Positions 57,714-64,000 of a stretch of DNA of 64,000 bases are shown piece by piece (the first letter of the stretch is position 1; each line of letters begins with the position of its first letter). The stretch covers positions 239,012 to 303,011 of the forward strand of contig JAVHLM010000002.1 in NCBI GenBank assembly GCA_031082125.1. Direction: 5' to 3'. Both the position numbers and the translations under genes were made by a program. The notes under the pieces are model-generated. The model had not been told where the DNA came from. It saw nothing but the letters and a program-made list of their open reading frames with translations, and ran no database searches. The stretch is from Vulcanimicrobiota bacterium (GTDB lineage Bacteria > Vulcanimicrobiota > CADAWZ01 > Ess09-12).

Positions 57714-57751
57714 GCGCTCCGTTTCCCCGAATGTGAGAGGAGAATCGACCT

Positions 57752-59095
57752 GTGCAGATCTCTGTTGACAGGGTTCCGCCGCAGAACTTAGACGCGGAGA
57801 CATCGGCACTCGGTGCTTGCCTTATTGAAAAGGAGGCGCTCGCAAGGGTTGCAGAGATACTGCCCGATCCCGCTGATTTTTACCGCACGGCTCACCAGGT
57901 CATCTATAACGCCATCCTGAAGCTTTATGAGCGGGGCGAGCCTGTCGATCTGATCACGCTCACCAACGAGCTTCGCAACAGCAGCAAGCTCGACGAGGTG
58001 GGCGGCGTGGCGTACCTCACCTTCCTGATAGATTCCGTCCCCACGGCGGCCAACGCCGAGTATTACTCCACCATCATCAAGGAGAAGGCGATACTGAGAA
58101 ACCTCATCACCGCAGGCATGAACATCACAGGGATGGGATACCGCGAGGATGAGGCTGCCGAAATGATAGTGGACCGCGCGGAGACGGAGATATTCGGCAT
58201 CGCGCAGAAGCGGATGCTCTTCGATTTTGTGCCCCTCAAGAAGGTCATGGCGACCACCTTCGAAAAAATCGAGGACCTCTATGCGAGGAAGGCCCATGTG
58301 ACGGGTGTGTCCACCGGCTACAGGGATCTTGACCATTACACCGCAGGCCTTCAGAAGGCCAACCTCATTGTCGTCGCCGCGAGGCCCGGCATGGGGAAAA
58401 CCGCCATCTGCCTCAATATCGCCCATTACCTTGCCACGAGGGAGAAGCTGCCCGTGGCCATCTTCAGTCTTGAGATGGCCAAGGAGGAGCTCGCCCAGCG
58501 CTTTCTCTGCGCCGAGGCACGCATTGATGCCCAGCGCCTCCGCACCGGCTACCTCGAGGAGACTGACTGGCCCCGCCTCACAAGGGCAATGAACGTGCTC
58601 TGCGAGGCACCCGTCTTCATTGATGACACACCCAACCTCTCGGTCATGGAAATGCGCTCCAAGGCCCGCCGCCTCAAGAGCAAGCATGGCATCGAGCTTG
58701 TGGTCATCGATTACATCCAGCTCATCAGGGGCTCGTCGCGGATTGAAAACCGCAACCAGGAGATATCGGAGATATCCCGCCAGCTGAAAGCCCTCTCCAA
58801 GGAGCTGAGTGTTCCCGTTATCGCCATCTCACAGCTCTCCCGCGAGGTGGAGAAGCGCCAGGACAAGCGCCCCATGCTCTCCGATCTCAGAGAGTCGGGG
58901 GCTATCGAGCAGGAAGCCGACATGGTCATATTCATTTACCGCGATGATTATTACAATCCCCATTCAGAGAAGAAGAACAAGGCCGAGATCATCATCGCCA
59001 AGCAGAGAAGCGGTCCCCTGGCCACGATAGATCTCATATTCCTTAAGCAGTTCACCGTCTTTGTGTCAGAGGAGAAGATCCATGTGGAGGAATAG
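57752..59095 (+). CDS. dnaB: Replicative DNA helicase DnaB
   Basis: 447 aa; Walker A ARPGMGKT; RecA-like motifs; conserved N-terminal domain. Confidence 0.9.
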   Translation: MQISVDRVPPQNLDAETSALGACLIEKEALARVAEILPDPADFYRTAHQVIYNAILKLYERGEPVDLITLTNELRNSSKLDEVGGVAYLTFLIDSVPTAANAEYYSTIIKEKAILRNLITAGMNITGMGYREDEAAEMIVDRAETEIFGIAQKRMLFDFVPLKKVMATTFEKIEDLYARKAHVTGVSTGYRDLDHYTAGLQKANLIVVAARPGMGKTAICLNIAHYLATREKLPVAIFSLEMAKEELAQRFLCAEARIDAQRLRTGYLEETDWPRLTRAMNVLCEAPVFIDDTPNLSVMEMRSKARRLKSKHGIELVVIDYIQLIRGSSRIENRNQEISEISRQLKALSKELSVPVIAISQLSREVEKRQDKRPMLSDLRESGAIEQEADMVIFIYRDDYYNPHSEKKNKAEIIIAKQRSGPLATIDLIFLKQFTVFVSEEKIHVEE

Positions 59096-59114
59096 ATGAA
59101 AGGAGTGTGGTGCT

Positions 59115-59747
59115 ATGGGTACGACGAAGAAAGTGGTAAAGAAGTCAGTAAAAAAGTCTCTTGAGGCCCATCTGGAGAAGGTCTACAGCGACAAATACCA
59201 GGTGGTGACCGGTGTGCCGCTCGCGATGGCAAAGAAGTTCATCAAGACCCTTCTCACCCAGGTGGTGAAGGAGAGCAAGGATGCCGGCACCTATAATCTT
59301 CCCCCCGATCACGGCAAGAGCATGCTCGAGGCCGCCAAGAAGGATCAAAAGGTGAAGAAGGCCATCGAGCTGAAAAGGAAAGAAGGGGTCACCGACGAGG
59401 ATTTCATCAACTGGTGGGCCGTTCCCGATGTGGAAAGGCGCCTTCTGCTTCGCATCGATGAAACAAACAGGATGGGCCTCTTCATGAAGTTCACCAACAT
59501 CGACAGGATGCCCGCCACGGAGGCGAACAGGCTTGTCCTCAAGTATCACCCCCTCTACGGTGAGCCCCAGGAGACCGACAATGAGGCTGATATGGACAGG
59601 CCCCTTCCCGCCGAGCTCCGCGAGCGGATCACACGGTACGCCGAAAACCTTAAGGAAATCCCCGTCGAGGAGCAGCAGGCTCTTATTGACAAATTTTCCA
59701 CTCTCAATGCCCGTGTCCGGCATGAGATAAAGAACAAAGCTCTCTAA
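59115..59747 (+). CDS. Hypothetical protein with Lys-rich N-terminus (210 aa)
   Basis: MGTTKKVVKKSVKKS basic tail; no recognised motifs; 19 nt downstream of dnaB. Confidence 0.5.
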   Translation: MGTTKKVVKKSVKKSLEAHLEKVYSDKYQVVTGVPLAMAKKFIKTLLTQVVKESKDAGTYNLPPDHGKSMLEAAKKDQKVKKAIELKRKEGVTDEDFINWWAVPDVERRLLLRIDETNRMGLFMKFTNIDRMPATEANRLVLKYHPLYGEPQETDNEADMDRPLPAELRERITRYAENLKEIPVEEQQALIDKFSTLNARVRHEIKNKAL

Positions 59748-59757
59748 GGGGGGGGCC

Positions 59758-60738
59758 ATGCCAGGCACAAGAGAACAGGTCTTCAGGCAGCTTCAGATAC
59801 TGAGGAGGATCCAGGTGCGCTCCACTCTCACCGCGCAGGACCTTGCGAGGGAGCTCGAGGTGAGCGTGAGGACCATATACAGGGACATAGGCCTCCTCAA
59901 TGAAAGCGGTTTTCCAATCTATTTTGATAACGGCTACCGCCTGCCGGGCGATTATTACTTTCCCCAGATCAACTTCGAGATGGATGAGCTTGTAGCTCTC
60001 TTCCTGAGCAGCAGGTTCCTGCTGCGCTACCGCGATCTTCCTTACTACAGGCTCATCAAGTCAGCGATGGACAAGATAGAGGGGAGCGTCAACGCACAGT
60101 ACAGGGAGATGCTCACAAGGCTTGACCACCAGTTTGCCGTGGGCATTCCCTACGAGATGTTCGAGGGAACCTCGTCAAAGACCACTGACACGGTGAACAA
60201 GGCCATTCTTGATCACAGGTGCCTTGAGATTCTCTACCACACCTTCATGGATGACACGGTAAAGACAAGGAAAGTTGAGCCCTACGGCATATTTTTCTCC
60301 CAGGACAACTGGTATATTCTGGCATTCTGCCACCTCAGGAGGGAGATAAGGGAGTTCAACCTGAAGCGCATCAAGAAAGCCACCATTCTCGAGGAGAAAT
60401 TCAGCCTCCCCGAGGGCTTTACCATTTCCCGGCACCTGTGCCATCCCTGGGATTTCGGCGAGGACGACCCCGTGAAGGTGGTGATACGCCACAGCCCCCC
60501 CGCGGCCAGGAAGGCAAGAGAAGCCCAGTGGCATCCCTCGCAGGAGTTGAAGGAGCAAGATGACGGCTCCGTCATCATGACGGTGAAAGTGAGGGCCCCG
60601 GAAAACATGATCGCCATGATCCTCTCCCAGAGAGGTGAGGTGGAGGTTGTCTCGCCCATTTCCCTGAGGCATGAAGTGGCCTCAGAGATCAGGAAGATGG
60701 CTCTCCTCTATGACGGGAAGCCAAGGGGATCACCGTGA
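59758..60738 (+). CDS. WYL-domain transcriptional regulator (HTH-WYL-WCX architecture)
   Basis: 326 aa; N-terminal HTH (QDLARELEVSVRTIYRDI), central WYL-type region (NWYILAFCHLRREIREFNLKRI), C-terminal extension. Confidence 0.7.
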   Translation: MPGTREQVFRQLQILRRIQVRSTLTAQDLARELEVSVRTIYRDIGLLNESGFPIYFDNGYRLPGDYYFPQINFEMDELVALFLSSRFLLRYRDLPYYRLIKSAMDKIEGSVNAQYREMLTRLDHQFAVGIPYEMFEGTSSKTTDTVNKAILDHRCLEILYHTFMDDTVKTRKVEPYGIFFSQDNWYILAFCHLRREIREFNLKRIKKATILEEKFSLPEGFTISRHLCHPWDFGEDDPVKVVIRHSPPAARKAREAQWHPSQELKEQDDGSVIMTVKVRAPENMIAMILSQRGEVEVVSPISLRHEVASEIRKMALLYDGKPRGSP

Positions 60739-62292
60739 GGATTTTCTCTTCTTCCCCTTTTTCTGGGTGAATTTTCGGGCCTGTGCCGCTTCTTTCTCTT
60801 TCAAGGGCGGCTTTTCTTCTGCCTCAGGGGTCTTCCCGGCATCAGGGGGTATTTCCCTCTCTTCCAGCCGCTTGACGGCCGACATGACCAGCGTTTCACC
60901 AAGCCCTTTCAGGTGGGAAGCGAGTTCCTCGTGGATGCTTCTTGCTCTGCGCTCCGCCTCATCTATGATGAGGGCTCCCCTTTTCTCCGCTTCCCCGAGA
61001 ATCCGGTCATACTCATCGCGCGCATGGGCAAAAAGCGTCGAGAAGTGCTCGTCGAGGGCGCTTTTTGTCACTTTGATCAGGGCTTCCTCAAACAGGCTTT
61101 TCATATCAAGCTGAGGCGCGGCCTGCGATGCCTCACAGGGGACAGGTGGCGCTGCAGGCATTGGTTCGTCGGCACCTGCCTGGAGATCTCCTGCTTCCAG
61201 AGGCACCGGTGCGGACATAGAGATCTCGGCAGGCACCGTGATCCCGGGTGGTATTTCAGCGACAGCCTCGGCAGCCGGTGCTGTTTCGGCTTCAGGGGTG
61301 GCTTCAAATACAGCTTCCGGTGGTGCCTCTGGGACTGCTTTCGCCCTTTTGAGGATCTTTTCCATTTTTTCTGCCCGCTCCCCCCGGAGTCCCAGGGAGG
61401 CTGCCTTGCCGGCGACAAGATCCATGCACTCAGGCGGCACCGGTGCCGGCGATGAGTCATAACTGTCAAGCAGGGAGATTGAGAGGTACGCATTGAGCTC
61501 AAGAGCTTTGGTGAGCCACTGAAGTGAATGGCTGCTGTCGCCGAGCTCCCTGTAGAGATCAAAGAGCTCCCGACAGAAGAGAAAGTGGGCGTCATGCTCA
61601 AAAGCGTTGAGGAAATAGGGAAGGGCGCTCTCGCGCCCTCCCCCGTGAAAAGCAGATTTCCCTATGTAGTAGTAAGTCCACGAAAAGTTTCTGTTCATTG
61701 AGAGAAGCTCTTCGAAGACCGTCCTGGCTTTCCCAAAGTCACCGGCGATGAAGGTGTCATACCCCATGGAGAAGCCATCGAACCACTCCTTTGCATTCTT
61801 GAGCTTTGAATATATCTGGGTGGCAAGCTTTTCCGAGGCTTTTGCCCTGGGGAAGAGACCCAGGAACGCCTTGAAGGTGAGGAGGGCCTGCTCTGTGGTG
61901 CCCAGGTTCTGATAGGCTTTCCCGAGGGTGATATAGACCTTTTCCGCCATATCGGACTTGCCGCCCACGGTAAAATCAAGGTCGATGCCCCGTTGGAGGC
62001 TGTGCCGGGCATTTTTCCAGTCGTGGGCCTTGAAATAATAAAGCCCCTGCAGGAAATAGGGCTCACTGAAAAAGGGATCTTCCTGAATGGCACCATCGAG
62101 GGTCTTGAGGAATTCTTCCCTCTGGACTCTCGGATCAATGAGCTGGGCCTTTTTCAGGAGCGCAGCGGCCTCGATAAGCATAGCACCCGGTCTTTCTATG
62201 GATATAAAAGGTCCGGGTACAATTTCTCCATAGCGGCGCCCTGTTCCTCTGGAATGGGAAAAGATTGTGCAGGAAAGAGGCGCTTCTCCCAT
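60730..62292 (-). CDS. TPR-like repeat protein with Pro/Ala-rich linker and C-terminal coiled-coil (start uncertain; internal ATG at 62184)
   Basis: 520 aa track ORF; TPR-like helices (YFLQGLYYFKAHDWKNARHSLQRGIDLD); low-complexity PEAPPEAVFEATPEAETAPAAEA; charged helical C-terminus. Confidence 0.5.
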   Translation of the reverse strand: MGEAPLSCTIFSHSRGTGRRYGEIVPGPFISIERPGAMLIEAAALLKKAQLIDPRVQREEFLKTLDGAIQEDPFFSEPYFLQGLYYFKAHDWKNARHSLQRGIDLDFTVGGKSDMAEKVYITLGKAYQNLGTTEQALLTFKAFLGLFPRAKASEKLATQIYSKLKNAKEWFDGFSMGYDTFIAGDFGKARTVFEELLSMNRNFSWTYYYIGKSAFHGGGRESALPYFLNAFEHDAHFLFCRELFDLYRELGDSSHSLQWLTKALELNAYLSISLLDSYDSSPAPVPPECMDLVAGKAASLGLRGERAEKMEKILKRAKAVPEAPPEAVFEATPEAETAPAAEAVAEIPPGITVPAEISMSAPVPLEAGDLQAGADEPMPAAPPVPCEASQAAPQLDMKSLFEEALIKVTKSALDEHFSTLFAHARDEYDRILGEAEKRGALIIDEAERRARSIHEELASHLKGLGETLVMSAVKRLEEREIPPDAGKTPEAEEKPPLKEKEAAQARKFTQKKGKKRKSSR

Positions 62293-62373
62293 GAATCCTT
62301 AATATCCCCGGGTGAAGAAGCCTTTTCTGCAATGGGTGATCATTCCTCCCATGAGGGGAGAAGAGGTGCCATT

Positions 62374-63684
62374 ATGAAGACAACCGTAGGCGATCCCCCC
62401 CGCTGGTACCGCTGGGGTATATTGCTCATGGTGAGCATCACTGTTTTTGGAAGTTATCTCGCTTACGACAGCATCGGCCCTATCGGCCCCATGATCAAGA
62501 AGGCCCTGGGCTATGACAGCAGGCAGCTCGGCCTTCTCTACAGCATTTACAGCATCCCCAACATCGTGATGGTCTTCCTTGGAGGGTTTGTCATAGACAA
62601 GATCGGGACCCGCCTCGGCGGCTTCATCTATGCCTTCCTGGTGCTGCTGGGCGTTCTTATCACCGCCATTGCACCCTCATGGCACCCCGTGCCTTCCTTC
62701 ATCATGCAGGCTATCCCCGCAGAGTGGCAATGGAGCCCCGTGTTTATCTGGATGCTCCTTGGCCGCTTTGTCTTCGGCCTCGGCTCGGAGTCTCTCATTG
62801 TGGCCCAGAGCACCATCATTGCCCGGTGGTTCAAGGGCAATGAGCTTGCCCTCGCTTTCGGCCTTAATCTCACCGTGAGCCGCCTGGGAACTTTTGCCGC
62901 CTTTTTTACCTTCGGGTGGATAGCCGACCATTTCCGGTCAATCCAACCCGTGCTCTGGGCGTCAGTGGTGCTCTGCGCCGTCTCGCTTGCCTCATATCTG
63001 ATCTATATCGCCATGGATAAAAACGCCGAGCGCAGGTTCGGCCTTTCTATGAGCGATGGGGGAGGCGATAAGGTCCTTCTTTCCGACATCTGGAAGTTTC
63101 CTGCCTCATTCTGGTACATCAGCACCCTCTGCGTGCTTTTCTACTCTTCCATCTTCCCTTTCACGGCCTTTTCCACGGACTTTTTCCACGAGAAGTGGGG
63201 ATACTCCCAGGATTATGCGAGCAAGATCTCTAGCATCATCATCACCTTTTCAATGATATGCACGCCGATTTTCGGAACTCTTATCGACCGCTACGGGAGA
63301 AGGGCCTCGGTCATGATAGTCGGCTCCCTTATGCTGATACCGACCTATCTGCTGATGGGCTACACTTCTCTTCCCCCGTGGATTCCCATGTCCATCATGG
63401 GTATAGCCTTCTCGCTCGTGCCGGCGGCCATGTGGCCCTCGATGCCTCTCATCATCAATGAGGCAAGGCTTGGCACTGCCTACGGCCTCATGACCATGAT
63501 ACAGAACTTCGGCCTTGCCCTCTTCCCCTTCGTCATCGGCTGCGTACATGACAAGACCGGCAGCTACGTGCCGGCCATGCTTGTCTTTTCATCCCTTGGC
63601 GTTGCCGGGATTGTCTTTGCCGTCCTTCTCTACCTCAGGGAAAGGGAACGCCTCGAGCTTGGAAGACCGGCTACGCCTCCTTGA
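62374..63684 (+). CDS. Major facilitator superfamily transporter
   Basis: 436 aa from ATG 62374 (RBS GAGGTG); 12 predicted TM segments; MFS loop motif GGFVIDKIGTR. Confidence 0.8.
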   Translation: MKTTVGDPPRWYRWGILLMVSITVFGSYLAYDSIGPIGPMIKKALGYDSRQLGLLYSIYSIPNIVMVFLGGFVIDKIGTRLGGFIYAFLVLLGVLITAIAPSWHPVPSFIMQAIPAEWQWSPVFIWMLLGRFVFGLGSESLIVAQSTIIARWFKGNELALAFGLNLTVSRLGTFAAFFTFGWIADHFRSIQPVLWASVVLCAVSLASYLIYIAMDKNAERRFGLSMSDGGGDKVLLSDIWKFPASFWYISTLCVLFYSSIFPFTAFSTDFFHEKWGYSQDYASKISSIIITFSMICTPIFGTLIDRYGRRASVMIVGSLMLIPTYLLMGYTSLPPWIPMSIMGIAFSLVPAAMWPSMPLIINEARLGTAYGLMTMIQNFGLALFPFVIGCVHDKTGSYVPAMLVFSSLGVAGIVFAVLLYLRERERLELGRPATPP

Positions 63685-64000
63685 GGGCGGCAGCCTCTTT
63701 GCTGGTCCGCTCTCTCATTGAAAGTGCGCCGGAGATGCATTTCTGGGTGCAGATGCTGCAGCCTACGCAGCGCTCGGCATCGGTGACGGGAACCTTCTGC
63801 TCGTCAAGCGTGATGGCGAGGTACGGGCACCTCGTGCAGTTCCCGCAATGAACGCAGAGCTCGGCAGTTACCGTGGAGATTTTCTTCACCGGTGTGAGCT
63901 CCATGAAATCTGTGACAGGCCCGGGGAGGGCAATCCCGATGAGCTTTTCCACCGAGGGAATTCCCCGCTCTGCCAGCAGGTGCGAGAGACCCTGGTGGAG
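63671..64000 (-). CDS. C-terminal part of a dihydroorotate/dihydropyrimidine dehydrogenase-family protein with tandem 4Fe-4S ferredoxin motifs (PreA-like); 5' end beyond window
   Basis: Reverse frame open to window end; C-terminus ... CVHCGNCTRC ... CVGCSICTQKC; track lists only the 63671-63952 portion. Confidence 0.55.
   Translation of the reverse strand, partial: LHQGLSHLLAERGIPSVEKLIGIALPGPVTDFMELTPVKKISTVTAELCVHCGNCTRCPYLAITLDEQKVPVTDAERCVGCSICTQKCISGALSMRERTSKEAAALKEA

Noticed and set aside
1-64000. CRISPR arrays, tRNA/rRNA genes, transposases, integrases, phage genes
   Set aside because: No regularly spaced direct repeats, no cloverleaf-like segments in the short intergenic regions, and no ORF with DDE transposase, tyrosine or serine recombinase, or phage structural motifs was seen.

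Overview
GC-rich (~60%) bacterial chromosomal segment, probably from an uncultured lineage. It is densely packed with about 55 protein-coding genes; I found no rRNA, tRNA, CRISPR array, transposase or integrase. Content is mostly housekeeping: an aroF-trpE-trpG-trpD-trpC-trpB-trpA supraoperon on the minus strand (5923-12931), hflX, def-fmt, rlmN, upp, clpB, rpmA-obg, and rpsF-ssb-rpsR-rplI-dnaB. Mixed in are envelope and signalling genes: a CHASE2-PP2C phosphatase, a Ser/Thr kinase with a TPR array, an FhaA-like FHA protein, large TPR proteins, a lytic transglycosylase, and several secreted proteins or lipoproteins. The most unusual locus is a promoter-driven operon (27910-33115) encoding a small DUF2760-like protein followed by two tandem non-canonical Hsp70 paralogs, with no DnaJ or GrpE partner nearby. 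Other points worth a second look: an L27 gene with a Prp-type propeptide but no adjacent prp or rplU, an HflX with a ~150-aa N-terminal extension, a WYL-domain regulator next to a lysine-rich hypothetical protein downstream of dnaB, an orphan DppC-type permease and an orphan sugar-binding lipoprotein. Gene calls rest on reading the six-frame translations for family motifs; no database search was run. Coordinates of start codons and short motifs may be off by 1-3 nt because they were counted by eye.
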